From NCBI GenBank assembly GCA_965223425.1, contig OZ245003.1:1664001-1728000 (forward strand): a stretch of DNA of 64,000 nt. Reading direction: 5' to 3'. The notes beneath the pieces were generated by a model. That model saw nothing but the letters and a program-made list of their open reading frames with translations, was not told the DNA's origin and searched no databases. Within the stretch, counting starts at the first letter, position 1. The number at the start of each line of letters is the position of its first letter. Position numbers and translations under genes: made by a program. Below are positions 1 to 11,312 of this stretch, piece after piece. The stretch is from Nitrosopumilus sp. (GTDB taxonomy: Archaea; Thermoproteota; Nitrososphaeria; Nitrososphaerales; Nitrosopumilaceae).

Positions 1-2
1 CG

Positions 3-1889
3 CTTGCGGCACTGCTGTTTTTTGTCGGAATAGTCCTGGGAATATCCGGACATTTGGAGATGTTTGCAGCCCTAATAGTCTCCTCGCTTGTCGCGTACTT
101 TGCAGATGACGGCACGATCTCATCTGCAAGAAGGAGGATAAAATGGAGGCGCGGCGATGTTTTGTCCATGAAGATAAGGGAAAAGCATGTTCCGACATCA
201 GAGACATTTCTCAACGGACTTTTAAAATACGGGCTGTTCCGGAAAGTGTACGACTCTGTACGCGAGTCAGTCCACAATGCCGTAAGGGAGACGGGAGTCA
301 CTGCAAATCCCACAAAAACTGCAAGAAGCACGACGATAGCGCTGTTTGTGTCGTTTCCAATATCTATAATAATAGCAATTGCGGGAATAATCCTCAGTTT
401 TCCAGTCATCATTGCATTCTCGCCGGTCTTGCCGCTTGCAGTGTATGCATCCCCCAGAATAGCAATAAAGTTCCATGTAATGGAGCGCTCCTCCATATTT
501 GACGAGGAGCTTGCATATTTCTACTCGTATCTGCAGATTGTCCACACCGGAGGCACGATGATATATTCAAGCATCCTCTCACTTGTTGGCAAAAAGATAT
601 TCCCGGGGGTGGAGGCAGACGGCCTGATGCTGAAAAAATGGGTGGAATACGACGATTCAGTCCAGCTTGACGCGATAAACGAGATTGCAGAAAACCACTC
701 CCATCACGGATTTCAGGCTTTTCTGCGGCAGTATTACGGGATAGCAAAGTCAAGTGTGAGCAACCTGCCGTCATTTATCTCAGAGTCGGCGCAGTCGGAA
801 TTTCAGAAGATAATAGAGAAAGACGAGAAGCTAATCGGCAAGGCCGGAGGAGTATTCATCATGGGCGCAATGATGATGATTATGGCGCCAATACTGATGG
901 TACTGATGTCGTTTGTCGGAACAGATTCCTCCACCACGCACCTTATCACCATGGGACTGACGGCAATGCCGATAATGTACGCCGGAATGGTTCTGGTCAC
1001 TTTCAAAATGCGGCAGGACGGCACACTGTACGCAAAAAAGATAGTCTTTGCGATTGCGCCGGTGGCATTTGTGATGTGCTATGTGATTACACGGGACGCA
1101 CTCTCTTCAGTTGCAATCGCACTTGCCATTCCCTGCATTATTAACGGCAGATATGTCGCAGAACAGATAAGATACATCCGCTCGCTAAACGACCACTTTC
1201 CGGTGTTCATCCGGGACCTGATAGAGAGCAGAAAGGTCGATGCAAACTTTATCGTATCCATAAAAAAACTCTCCTCCCAGAAGAACCTGGACGGAAAATA
1301 CGGCGCATTTTCAAACGTGCTAAGGCAGATTCGGATGCGGCTTGAATACAACACAAACAGAAGCCGTCTCATATATGATGATACGGTAAGGTCGTGGCGG
1401 CTGCGGATGCTCATGTTTGTGTTTCAGACAATATTTGATGCCGGCGGCGGCTCAATTGACACGCTGGAGAAGATGCACTCATTTAGCGTATCAGTGAATT
1501 CCATAAAGAACAAGCTGTCCGACTCCATCATGATGTCCTCCCTGATGCTGTATGTCGCGCCTACGATGTTCTTTGTGGCACTAGTCGGGGTGTCCGTGTT
1601 TATGGGGTCGTTTTCTGCCTCGGTCCCCGAACTGCCTCCAGATCTGCGGGGCTCGTTGCTGGCGGCGGGAATGTTTGCAAAGCCGGACTTTTCATCAATG
1701 CTTGAGGCGATGCGTCCGGCATTTCTGATAATGTCGATATGTTCGGGGATAGTGATATCGCGCGTGGCATACATGTCGTTTTTTGCCACCATGCCGATTG
1801 GGATCTGCTGCATGGCGGCCTTTGTGGTTCTGACTGGATGGCACTTCTTCTTTGATCTGATGTCGGATTTGATAGGGTCGATTATTTGA
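3..1889 (+). CDS. Type II secretion/type IV pilus membrane platform protein (TadC/FlaJ-like, T2SS-F domains), 5'-truncated by window edge
   Basis: Frame is open from base 3. Two cytoplasmic domains ('DEELAYFYSYL', 'DHFPVFIRDLIE') each followed by TM helices, the usual FlaJ/TadC layout; lies next to pilin-like genes. Confidence 0.7.
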   Translation, partial: LAALLFFVGIVLGISGHLEMFAALIVSSLVAYFADDGTISSARRRIKWRRGDVLSMKIREKHVPTSETFLNGLLKYGLFRKVYDSVRESVHNAVRETGVTANPTKTARSTTIALFVSFPISIIIAIAGIILSFPVIIAFSPVLPLAVYASPRIAIKFHVMERSSIFDEELAYFYSYLQIVHTGGTMIYSSILSLVGKKIFPGVEADGLMLKKWVEYDDSVQLDAINEIAENHSHHGFQAFLRQYYGIAKSSVSNLPSFISESAQSEFQKIIEKDEKLIGKAGGVFIMGAMMMIMAPILMVLMSFVGTDSSTTHLITMGLTAMPIMYAGMVLVTFKMRQDGTLYAKKIVFAIAPVAFVMCYVITRDALSSVAIALAIPCIINGRYVAEQIRYIRSLNDHFPVFIRDLIESRKVDANFIVSIKKLSSQKNLDGKYGAFSNVLRQIRMRLEYNTNRSRLIYDDTVRSWRLRMLMFVFQTIFDAGGGSIDTLEKMHSFSVSVNSIKNKLSDSIMMSSLMLYVAPTMFFVALVGVSVFMGSFSASVPELPPDLRGSLLAAGMFAKPDFSSMLEAMRPAFLIMSICSGIVISRVAYMSFFATMPIGICCMAAFVVLTGWHFFFDLMSDLIGSII

Positions 1890-2110
1890 TTGGGGGGTTA
1901 GGGCAGGGACATCATAGATGCAGAATCAGACACCGAGAATCTCACAATATATTCTACGGCAGACTGCAGGATCTCATCTGAGAGGTTCGGCATGTCAAAT
2001 CCGGAGTGCAGCTGCAAGAACATCAAAAAGGTGTTTGGCATATAAAATCAGAAACCGAACAATAATAAATTTGTCTCATGTCTGGAGTTTCACGTGATCG
2101 ATCAATTGAG

Positions 2111-2350
2111 TCAAAGGATAACTACAAGTACCGACAGAAAAAAACCCATAATTTGCGGCTTGGGAAAAATATCAACTCCTATTTTGTATTTTCCAATAAC
2201 TGTGTCAAGAATGCAGTCCCATGAATCCAACACTGTTTTTTTGATGTATTTTTTGTTCAATGGATGTTTTTTGATCAGTAATTTCGTTTTTGATTCCCAC
2301 TGAGATTTGTTCAAACCTGCGTATGGAGAATCCATGTCGTGATTAAGCAA
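2111..2350 (-). pseudogene. N-terminal fragment of a ScaI-family-like restriction endonuclease
   Basis: 'SPYAGL..QWESKT..LIKKHPL...VLDSW..I....IG...IGVDIFPKPQIMGFFL' resembles the ScaI-family N-terminus as recalled. The ORF stops right after it; low-GC segment. Confidence 0.55.
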
Positions 2351-2485
2351 TATCGGTATATCTGTCTAGCTCTTGATGATTTCCATGGAAGTGGTCCTGT
2401 TCTATTGAGAATCAGATTGTTTTTTTGACTCAATACAAAATATACAGTCAATATCTATGAATATATCCGACTTTCAAAATCCAAC

Positions 2486-3139
2486 ATGTACAATATGGAC
2501 AAAGATGTAGAATCACATTTACCATCCCCAAAATGGATTGTAAAAGGAAGAAAAATTGAAATGCCAAGTGGATATATTGTGGCATTTGGCGGAAAACATG
2601 ACAAGAAAATAATCGTTACAGAACAAGGTTCTGATACACATGTCACATTTGCCATCAATCATCATGAATATGATTTACATATTAAAACATTCAAGGGAAG
2701 CAAAGATGAGTACAGGAAAATTTTTAAACTTCACCAGGATGTAGTCATGGACATAACTCGTGCAATTTTTAAAGAAAAAGAAAATCAAAAACTTTGGGAA
2801 TGTAGAGAAAGGCGGTCTTTTATAACAAGTAAAAAATATTTCATAGATTTTGACAGTCAGTCATATCCAGAGTTGAAGAAAATGGATACTGGCATTTTGG
2901 ACATATTTCCTGAAGAACTTAAAAAATATTCCATAAAATCAAAAACAATTATGCGTCAGAACTTCAGAGCCGCATCAGTACACAAATCAGACGGAGCATG
3001 TATTGAAATTATTTTTCCCACAAAAGATCATAACAAGGTAATAGTGACCAAACCAAATCTCATTGACTTGATTTTAGATACCCTCATTGGTATTAATCGG
3101 CTGAGGGAGATACTTTCTGAAAGTCTGACAGGCAAATAG
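2486..3139 (+). CDS. Hypothetical protein (AT-rich insertion)
   Basis: 217-aa ORF, markedly lower GC than flanks; no recognisable motif. Confidence 0.55.
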   Translation: MYNMDKDVESHLPSPKWIVKGRKIEMPSGYIVAFGGKHDKKIIVTEQGSDTHVTFAINHHEYDLHIKTFKGSKDEYRKIFKLHQDVVMDITRAIFKEKENQKLWECRERRSFITSKKYFIDFDSQSYPELKKMDTGILDIFPEELKKYSIKSKTIMRQNFRAASVHKSDGACIEIIFPTKDHNKVIVTKPNLIDLILDTLIGINRLREILSESLTGK

Positions 3140-3386
3140 TCTGTTATGACTGGATAGAGTATCTTGGCATTAGACTAATCCTACTCATCATCAAGTATTT
3201 TTTATAAATTCTGAAAAATGATTTTAAAAATACTATGACAAAATAATTGACAAAGTGTGAAGAAGATTATGTGTACGGCCAAAACAAATTAGAAACATCA
3301 TATTCTTACTTTCTGTTTGCAACTTCTTTTGAAGTTTAGAAAACACGAAATTTCCGCTTTAAATGTAAAACACATAGTCCACTTCA

Positions 3387-3842
3387 ATGAATATAACCAA
3401 GGAACAGATAATCTGGGTCGGACTCATTGTTGGAGTAGCATCCGTAGCCGGCGGACTGCTGGGAATGGGAGTGATCGGCGACGTGCAAAACCTGCAAATA
3501 GAGGGACCGTTTGAAATTACTTCTGCGGAATTGATCAAGGGATCCGGTGGTGTTGCCGTGGTCAGCATAAATATGAGAAACACAGGAGATGTGGGTTTGC
3601 AAATTCAGAGTCCGATAAAAGTGGATAATAATACTGCTACATTTTCTCCACGACCAGTAATCGCAGCAGGCAAGACTCTATCAGTGTCCTATAGCGTGCT
3701 TAATACGAGCGACTATAAACAAGGAGATTCATACCCGGTGATAGTTGAAGTGACTATAGATGACAATGGCGATGGAACTTACGCCAACGATGAAACTAAA
3801 TCCTCCGACTCTATTGGGGCATTTGTGACATCCGGATTCTAG
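3387..3842 (+). CDS. Type IV pilin-like protein
   Basis: N-terminal MNITKE + hydrophobic helix, then beta-rich domain with 'NMRNTGD' typical of archaeal pilins. Confidence 0.6.
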   Translation: MNITKEQIIWVGLIVGVASVAGGLLGMGVIGDVQNLQIEGPFEITSAELIKGSGGVAVVSINMRNTGDVGLQIQSPIKVDNNTATFSPRPVIAAGKTLSVSYSVLNTSDYKQGDSYPVIVEVTIDDNGDGTYANDETKSSDSIGAFVTSGF

Positions 3843-3920
3843 ACTGCCCACCATTTTTTAATTTTTTAGAAAGACATACGGTCAATTCCGCGTTTAAATT
3901 CAAAACACAAAGAAAAAACA

Positions 3921-4370
3921 ATGATAGTTACAAAGGAAATCTCAATTATAATTATAGCAGTATTGGCGGCCGGCGGTGCGGTGTTTTCCATATTGGGCGA
4001 GCAGTCAATATCCAGGATACAGACGCGTGACGGACTGGAGATAGTATCAGCTGAAATTAACGGCGACTATGCGGGAAACTACATTCTCAGCCTCACCGTA
4101 AAAAATAACGGCAGGGATGACATTACATTAGATAATTTGGAATTTAATTCACCGTTAGGTGATCTAGAGAGTCTAGAGCCTCACCCAGTACTGCAAGCGG
4201 GAAAGACCTGGTCGAATAACTACGATATTGGAAAACACGAATTTGTACGCGGAACATCACATCTTTTGACAGCGTCGGGCATGTCTGGAGGCAGTGCGGT
4301 AAATGATGTATTTCCAGTTGTTGTGATAAACAGTCCCCACCGCGTGGAATTGACAGAACCAACACCGTAA
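3921..4370 (+). CDS. Type IV pilin-like protein
   Basis: MIVTKE + hydrophobic helix; 'LTVKNNG', 'LQAGKT'; paralogous to 3387..3842. Confidence 0.6.
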   Translation: MIVTKEISIIIIAVLAAGGAVFSILGEQSISRIQTRDGLEIVSAEINGDYAGNYILSLTVKNNGRDDITLDNLEFNSPLGDLESLEPHPVLQAGKTWSNNYDIGKHEFVRGTSHLLTASGMSGGSAVNDVFPVVVINSPHRVELTEPTP

Positions 4371-4421
4371 CCGACTGCACCATAACCAATACCAGAACCG
4401 GAACCCATAGTTTCAATCGCA

Positions 4422-4682
4422 TTGTCGCCAGAATCGCCTGTTGCAAAGGGAACGAAGGCGACAGTGACTGCAACGTTCCACAACACGGGATCCGAACCGG
4501 AATCACGGGTTTCATTCGCGCCATACATCTCAGGAGGAGAGGATGGTTGTGGCGTTGTTCAGATATGGGAAAGAATAGAAGAGTTTGTAGATAACAAGGC
4601 AGTCAGAATGTTCACGGTAGACAGTACCTGCCCAGTAGGAGAATATGAAGTCGGTGTCGCCTTCAATTTCTCAGAGCATTAA
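4422..4682 (+). CDS. Small Ig-like beta-domain ORF (possibly detached fragment)
   Basis: 'VTATFHNTG...VDSTCPVGEYEV' Ig-like pattern; TTG start, preceded by Pro-rich coding-like sequence. Confidence 0.35.
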   Translation: MSPESPVAKGTKATVTATFHNTGSEPESRVSFAPYISGGEDGCGVVQIWERIEEFVDNKAVRMFTVDSTCPVGEYEVGVAFNFSEH

Positions 4683-4774
4683 AAGATCCAATTCACATTG
4701 CAGTACTTGAAGATTACGCCATGACGATATCCCCACTTCATGAAAATTCCGTTTTTAAGTAAACTCCCAACTAA

Positions 4775-7700
4775 ATGCCGATGATCAGACTTGCAATTGT
4801 TATGGCACTGGCGGCAGTGTCACTTTTCCCCTACGCATATGCGCAGGCAGAACCGCCTGAGGGGATGCCGGAATCCGCCCCACAAAACGACGGAATAACC
4901 CTGATACTTCCAAAAAACATCCTGCTTGGCGACCACAAATACTATGGAATGCTGATTCGCGAGGATGCGGACGGTCCACTGGTCGCAAGCCTGGTGTCCG
5001 ACTCTGATATTTTACAGGTCCCATCATCGGTGTTCATCACACACGGAAAAAACCACGGCCTATTCGAGGTGGTTCCGCACGGCGAAGGCAGCGTGGAGGT
5101 AACTGCAATAGCAGATGCAGACCTGTATTCGGCAAGAACCGAAATATCCTATCCTGCCAGCGACGACTATCGCATAATAATGGTGGTGCCAGAATCAGTC
5201 TCCACTCCGTCTGACGTAACGTTCCCCCTCTATCTGGTTGACAACTACGGGGATCCGGTAGAGGCAAAGGAGGACACCGGTGTGAAATTTGCCGTATCTG
5301 GAATGGATATGGTATCTGACAGTGCCGTCATTCCAGAGGGATCTGCCAGCATCTTTGTGAACGTCAAGGTGCACGGTAACGGGTCAATACTGGCATACAC
5401 GGGCGAGGCAGTGTCTGAAACATATGAGATATCCAGAACATCCACGTCGGCTGCCGTCCGAATCGGCGTGGCCCCGGAGGTGATCCTGGACAACTCGTTT
5501 GCATACCTCTTCATATGGATTGCAAACGAGGATGACACCCCCATCTCACCATACCTCCCGTTAAGTGCGACAATAAAGACATCAAATCCAAGGGTTGCGG
5601 GCTTTGACGGACTCTACAAAATTGACGGTACGGACTCGGCAAAGGCGCACATTACAGACGGGGGATTCCACATGCTGAAGCTGTACACGTATGAAAGGGG
5701 CGTCTCGACAATAACTGTCAGCATACCGGGGTATGGTGCCGCATCGCTTGATCTAAACGTGGGACCCTTACTGCTCGAGGAAGTGGTCCATGACAGTTTC
5801 ACACTTCCAAACGGAATTGTGCTGGAACCCAGTGACGAGGAGTTTTTGAAACTAATTATCAAACAGAGAAAATCCAACCTAATTGGCCATTCCACTGCCA
5901 GTGACATTATCGAGAGGTATGTTGCAAATATGACACTCCCGGGATACGACGAATCCACACAAATCACCATAGAAAACACCAGGGAAATTATCACTAGATA
6001 TGTTCTAGGCCAGGCAGAGTCGTTAGAACCGGCACAAATCACCTCCGATACTGCAAGCGGTGACGTGGAAGAGCACTGCACAATTTACGAGGGAACTGAT
6101 TTTGTCTCAACACCAAGACCGGCCGATGAAACGTTTCACGGAGGCAATCCGCCACTAAAACACCTGTGCGCATATGTCTACCCGGAGAAGACCACGTCTG
6201 AGGCATACCTCATCTGGTCGCTGTATGACTCGTATACCGAAGAGGAGACGGACACCGCCGGTACAGGGATCTTCTTCAACCCGATACACGACTCCAAGCT
6301 GGACTTTCTCATCTCTTCAGACGACTCTGTAAGCTATGCAAGAAAGCACACATTCCAGCCAGAGGGCAGATACACCCAGTCAAACGTAATGCCTATTTCA
6401 ACGAGCGTTATTGGCGAGCACACCCTGTCCATCACCTCCACTGATTTTTACACCATCGAGGCTTCGTTTGAGGCAGTGCCGCCTCCGCAGTACTCCTTTC
6501 TGATATCATCCCTGCCGTTCTCAAAGTCCGGCCAGACAGAGCCGCTATTCACGCTGTCTGTGACAGACGAGCGCGGCAGCATCATTGACCCGCACTATCT
6601 CTTTGGCGGAATGTCAGTCGACATGATATCTGACGATATAATATTTGAGAAGGACTCCATCACCATACAGAGACCGGTCACCATAATTTATGGCACCTCT
6701 GCCGTTACACAGCCCTCAATCACGCTAGTGTCAGACCAGAACATAAGCGGCGTACACAAGACCGACAAAAGCAACAGCCTCTCACTTTCAATTGATTCCC
6801 CCGTACGCGTCCATTCCGGGGAGCAGTTTCCATTGTACGCATACATTGTCGACTCCGATGAAAGGCCGATATCACTCCTTGACACCCCGATAGATTCCCA
6901 CTGCGGCACCGGTGACGGCATCCTGTTTTCGTGTGACAGGGATGCGGAGATGATCATCATCAAGGAATCAGTCGGAATCACGCATCACAGAATAGAGGTG
7001 TTTCATAATTCCCTTGATGACAGGCACATAGGTGTGGACTTTGGCGATACCTCCGATGTCGGGTTGTATGACAATCACCGCGTCAGAATAGTGACAGCAG
7101 ACGACATCAAATGGAAGGTGGAGACACTGATGAAGCACGAGATAGTCGGCGACGAGCTGATCCTCACCCCCGACAATACCGGAAAACAGACCGTGAACAT
7201 AGTGTTTACCAGTCCCGGATATGATACACATGTAGAGTCGCGCGAGATAGTGGTGCAGGACAAGATAAACCTGGAGATTGCCACCAGAACATCTGACGGC
7301 TCTGCATTTGCAGCCGATGTGGAGATAGTAAACATGGACGGTTCCACTCCGGTGACCACTCCGGACAACATATCCATACGGCGCGGGGAGACCACCGTAA
7401 CGTTTCACAATACCGTGCAGACCGAGCATGCCGGATACATACTGGACCACATAAAGTGGAATTCACAGATTATCCCGGGAAACGTGTTTTCCGGAGTGAT
7501 AATGCGTCCCGGCGAGATGACTGCCCACTACCACGAGGTCATAAACATCAAAGTCACAAACGGACTTGGGACCGGGGCGTATGACATTGGCCAGACTGTG
7601 ACAATACGTGCGCCTCCAAAGGACGTTGCGTCGTTCCTTATCCGCGATGTCTTGGACTACTGGACGGTCGCCCCGCAAAACCACAGGACGGACTCTGACG

Positions 7701-7882
7701 TGATCACGTTTGTTGCAGACTCGTCATTCTCCACCACGGCAGTATACAAGCAGGACTTTGCGGGACTGGTGTCAGTGGTTGTTGCAGTGTCAGCTGCGGT
7801 CGTCGCGTTCAGAAAGAAGGACGTGATACTTGATATGGTCAGGAAAAACAAGGACGGCGAGGAGGAGGCCCAGGAGGTATGA
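4775..7882 (+). CDS. Large secreted/surface protein with signal peptide and C-terminal TM anchor
   Basis: 1035 aa; signal peptide ending AYA; beta-rich body; C-terminal hydrophobic stretch followed by RKK. Confidence 0.75.
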   Translation: MPMIRLAIVMALAAVSLFPYAYAQAEPPEGMPESAPQNDGITLILPKNILLGDHKYYGMLIREDADGPLVASLVSDSDILQVPSSVFITHGKNHGLFEVVPHGEGSVEVTAIADADLYSARTEISYPASDDYRIIMVVPESVSTPSDVTFPLYLVDNYGDPVEAKEDTGVKFAVSGMDMVSDSAVIPEGSASIFVNVKVHGNGSILAYTGEAVSETYEISRTSTSAAVRIGVAPEVILDNSFAYLFIWIANEDDTPISPYLPLSATIKTSNPRVAGFDGLYKIDGTDSAKAHITDGGFHMLKLYTYERGVSTITVSIPGYGAASLDLNVGPLLLEEVVHDSFTLPNGIVLEPSDEEFLKLIIKQRKSNLIGHSTASDIIERYVANMTLPGYDESTQITIENTREIITRYVLGQAESLEPAQITSDTASGDVEEHCTIYEGTDFVSTPRPADETFHGGNPPLKHLCAYVYPEKTTSEAYLIWSLYDSYTEEETDTAGTGIFFNPIHDSKLDFLISSDDSVSYARKHTFQPEGRYTQSNVMPISTSVIGEHTLSITSTDFYTIEASFEAVPPPQYSFLISSLPFSKSGQTEPLFTLSVTDERGSIIDPHYLFGGMSVDMISDDIIFEKDSITIQRPVTIIYGTSAVTQPSITLVSDQNISGVHKTDKSNSLSLSIDSPVRVHSGEQFPLYAYIVDSDERPISLLDTPIDSHCGTGDGILFSCDRDAEMIIIKESVGITHHRIEVFHNSLDDRHIGVDFGDTSDVGLYDNHRVRIVTADDIKWKVETLMKHEIVGDELILTPDNTGKQTVNIVFTSPGYDTHVESREIVVQDKINLEIATRTSDGSAFAADVEIVNMDGSTPVTTPDNISIRRGETTVTFHNTVQTEHAGYILDHIKWNSQIIPGNVFSGVIMRPGEMTAHYHEVINIKVTNGLGTGAYDIGQTVTIRAPPKDVASFLIRDVLDYWTVAPQNHRTDSDVITFVADSSFSTTAVYKQDFAGLVSVVVAVSAAVVAFRKKDVILDMVRKNKDGEEEAQEV

Positions 7883-10800
7883 GTGGATTTCCGTGGTATT
7901 GTCGTGTGGGAATCATACTTTTGGTGGTGGCAGTTATGGTATCAGTAACACTTTCCAGCCCGGCAGAGGCCAGCCCGCGTCCATACAATCATGATTGTCG
8001 CCTCTCATTGGAAAAGAAGATATTTCCCGCATACTATGACGGACACATTAGGCAGAATCCCGACGGCACGTACTATCCCGGGGACGCCTTTTACTTTGTG
8101 TTTGCATATGCCATACAGAGGGAATGTGGTGGGCTCAGAATCGCTCTCACGCAGTACGCCGACGCAATGGTAGTCGAGCTGAACTATACTGACTACAAGC
8201 CGGAACTGATCACGCGGAGGTGGACTGACTTTGACTATCGAGACAGCGATGAGGATTTGGAGTTATTTGAGTTTCTATTTCCATCGACACCGCATTTGTT
8301 TGACGGTATGAGTGATGAGCGAAAGGAGAGAATACTTGAGAGGGGGAACCATTCGGGGAATATACCGGAGCAGATAGCAGAATACTGCAAGAGACATGTA
8401 GACTCTAGCTGGGCCGATAAATATGAAAAAAGGGTGGCCGGGTGCGTCTACGGTAGAGTGGAGATACGTGCGGAGGGAAACGCTGATTACTGCCGCGAGT
8501 TTGACTTTGAAAAGGTGAATCTGGACGGTGCGTACAAGTACTCATGGTTCTCAATAGATGGCCGTTCATATCCACAGTTAAAGAGAATCTCGATCCCAAT
8601 TGAGCATTTAAGCTCTGAAAACGTTTCAGATATCAGGATTTACCCACTTCGGGAAATATCCTACAGTGAGAGCCTAGACTCAAAGTCAAAAAGAGAACAT
8701 TACAATATATACCATACATACTTTACACTCTATGACGGAAGTAACTACAATTATCAGTTCCATGGTCGTCATGGAACTTATATCCCAGTCAATAAATACG
8801 CACCGCACCCGTTGCTGGACGCGACTAGCGTCAAGCTAAAGTCAAAGGCCCAGAACAATTTTTACTCCCTGTTTGATTTGGATGAAAGGCACGAGGAGGA
8901 GCTGTGCTATCCAAACCCATCAAAGATAGAGCTCAAAGTCTCAACAAGCAAGCAATACCACGCAAGGGACAAGTTCGGAGACGAGATACACAAGTTCAGA
9001 AGCATCACAAAAACAGGCACACTGACGCCTCCAATGGCAAACAAGATATTTGACGTGAAATTCAGGTATCCCACACTGCTTGACATTGACGCACTGCCGG
9101 CAAAGAACAATGACGGCACATACTATACCGACGACCCGGCAGCAGTAGTCAGGTATCCGGATTTGAAATGGGCCGAGCAGCGCTGGCCCCTGATATTGTT
9201 TGAGGAGGACTGGCTAAAGACATCAAAGCCCATAAGTAACCACTTCACACACAACTGCAATGCCACCGGCTGCGCGATAAACGTGACGTATGAGGACATT
9301 TACCACACCAACCCGCTAGAATACACAAACGGCCACGGGATCGACGTGTTTGCAATCCATGACGTAGAGAGGGAGCTGGGGAGAAACGTTCCGTCTTACC
9401 AGCTCACATCATGGAATCTCGGGGACAAGATGTATACGGACGCATCTGACGGAAACCTGCTGTTTGTCAGATATGACCCGCAAATATCAGATACCCACAC
9501 GTGGTCCGTATTCAGTGACGGCGGACTGACGTCCTTTGAGAACAGGCATTCCCTTGGAATCAGATACGACGGCTCAGTCGGAGGCGGGCCTGACGACCCC
9601 GGCGGGGCGATACACCCGGACAGAAGGATGAAGATAACAGACGTATACCACAACGTCACGATGTCAAACGGGTTTGAGACGATATACCCGCAGGAAGAGG
9701 GATACGGCTTTGAGATCTCGCGCGCAGACAACATACAGGACATGACAATACTGGATTCGGTGACTGAACAGATACCCGAATGGTTCTCCTTCTCCGGTGA
9801 AAAATACGAGGGCTCGCTCCTCATGAGCCCGCTTGACTCCAACAAAAACATGACCTTCTATGAGGCCGGATACTCCAGATTCCTTACAAGCTCGTCATTA
9901 CCAGAGGAGCGACTGACAAAGAACTTTATCGATGTGGACATACATGAGAGGATAACAAGCGAGGAATTTGCCGGACTAGACCACACCCATCTGACAAATG
10001 CCACGTACAACTACCCGTACGGCACTCTTTCAGTCCCACTCAACATCACGGCATACAAGATCCTCCTGATTGAGAACTCCATGGAACACTGCACGGATGA
10101 CTCCAAGTACATATGCGTCTCCAAGGACGTGACATCAGAGGAGATTGACCGTTCCACGAAAATAAAGAGCGTAACGTTCTCACCGTCAGACGACCAGGAG
10201 TTTATCACCACCAGCGAGTTTCTGCTAAACAACCACAGGACTGAAAACATTATAGAGCCGTTCACAGTAATGGTTTTCTCTGACCTGTACGACATGAACG
10301 TGCCGCAAGAAATCAACGAGTCCACCGTCCTGTTGCTGCTGAACAAGAGCGGCATACATTACGTGCTGGAACCGACAAATGAGGCACTTGACAGAGAAGT
10401 GTTCGCAATAGATAACGTGACTGGAGATGGGACCGTCAACACACGCACGTTTGGCATGGACTTTGCAGATTTTCTCAATGTGACCGAATCAGTCAGTGAT
10501 GACGACATAATGTACCAGCCGGTGAGGGAGTTTTTTTCCGCATACGAAATCCATGACGTAACAGTTGACGCGCAGCGCGAATCTGACACACGGAGCAACA
10601 CCGTTACAATGACGCAGTATGGCCAGTCGACTATTGAATACATCCTGAACATGTATCCCCTAAACCATCTGGAGGCGACAAGGGCCGTGAAATTTATCGG
10701 ATTCAACCCGTCACAATATTTCGGCCATGACTACGAGGTGCATATTGACGGGGCCCATGTCCCAAAGCAGGTCAGTGGCGACGTGTTTGCCAAATATAAT

Positions 10801-11058
10801 TCCAACGTCTGCAGCCACGGCCAGTGCATGGTAAGGCTGGATCATGACGATCCGATCGATGCCAAGCTCGTAAACATATGGGGCGGAATAGCCCAGGACG
10901 CCTCAGTTGATGCAATCATAATACCAAAATACGAGATGGACTGGGACCTGGCGGCAATGAGAATCATGTATATAGCTGCCGCACTGGTGGCGGTGTTTCT
11001 TCTCTATGTGTTTGTCAAAAGATTTGCAGGCTCCCTGTTCCCTAAAAAACGAGTTTAA
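7879..11058 (+). CDS. Large membrane-anchored surface protein
   Basis: 1059 aa; N-terminal signal/TM; two 'N.DGTYY..D' repeats; C-terminal TM + basic tail; ATGA overlap with upstream gene. Confidence 0.75.
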   Translation: MSGFPWYCRVGIILLVVAVMVSVTLSSPAEASPRPYNHDCRLSLEKKIFPAYYDGHIRQNPDGTYYPGDAFYFVFAYAIQRECGGLRIALTQYADAMVVELNYTDYKPELITRRWTDFDYRDSDEDLELFEFLFPSTPHLFDGMSDERKERILERGNHSGNIPEQIAEYCKRHVDSSWADKYEKRVAGCVYGRVEIRAEGNADYCREFDFEKVNLDGAYKYSWFSIDGRSYPQLKRISIPIEHLSSENVSDIRIYPLREISYSESLDSKSKREHYNIYHTYFTLYDGSNYNYQFHGRHGTYIPVNKYAPHPLLDATSVKLKSKAQNNFYSLFDLDERHEEELCYPNPSKIELKVSTSKQYHARDKFGDEIHKFRSITKTGTLTPPMANKIFDVKFRYPTLLDIDALPAKNNDGTYYTDDPAAVVRYPDLKWAEQRWPLILFEEDWLKTSKPISNHFTHNCNATGCAINVTYEDIYHTNPLEYTNGHGIDVFAIHDVERELGRNVPSYQLTSWNLGDKMYTDASDGNLLFVRYDPQISDTHTWSVFSDGGLTSFENRHSLGIRYDGSVGGGPDDPGGAIHPDRRMKITDVYHNVTMSNGFETIYPQEEGYGFEISRADNIQDMTILDSVTEQIPEWFSFSGEKYEGSLLMSPLDSNKNMTFYEAGYSRFLTSSSLPEERLTKNFIDVDIHERITSEEFAGLDHTHLTNATYNYPYGTLSVPLNITAYKILLIENSMEHCTDDSKYICVSKDVTSEEIDRSTKIKSVTFSPSDDQEFITTSEFLLNNHRTENIIEPFTVMVFSDLYDMNVPQEINESTVLLLLNKSGIHYVLEPTNEALDREVFAIDNVTGDGTVNTRTFGMDFADFLNVTESVSDDDIMYQPVREFFSAYEIHDVTVDAQRESDTRSNTVTMTQYGQSTIEYILNMYPLNHLEATRAVKFIGFNPSQYFGHDYEVHIDGAHVPKQVSGDVFAKYNSNVCSHGQCMVRLDHDDPIDAKLVNIWGGIAQDASVDAIIIPKYEMDWDLAAMRIMYIAAALVAVFLLYVFVKRFAGSLFPKKRV

Positions 11059-11081
11059 TTGGAATTGTGTACGAGTAGGCA

Positions 11082-11312
11082 ATGAAGCATCGTGACGCGT
11101 TTTTGAAGATATGCGACAAAATGGGAATGGAGCCCGACGAGATTGCAGGGGCAATACGCGTCCTTTCGGATTCGGGGTCGGTATATTTTGGCCCGTTTAA
11201 AATTACTCTACACTACTCAAAGCAGGAAGGAAAGAGGAGGCTCTACATGGTATCACTCCATGATCACGGCAGGCTGATAACCAAGGCCTTTGTGGACATA
11301 AAGGGATCATGA
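11082..11312 (+). CDS. Small hypothetical protein
   Basis: 76-aa ORF in operon; ATGA overlap with the next gene. Confidence 0.5.
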   Translation: MKHRDAFLKICDKMGMEPDEIAGAIRVLSDSGSVYFGPFKITLHYSKQEGKRRLYMVSLHDHGRLITKAFVDIKGS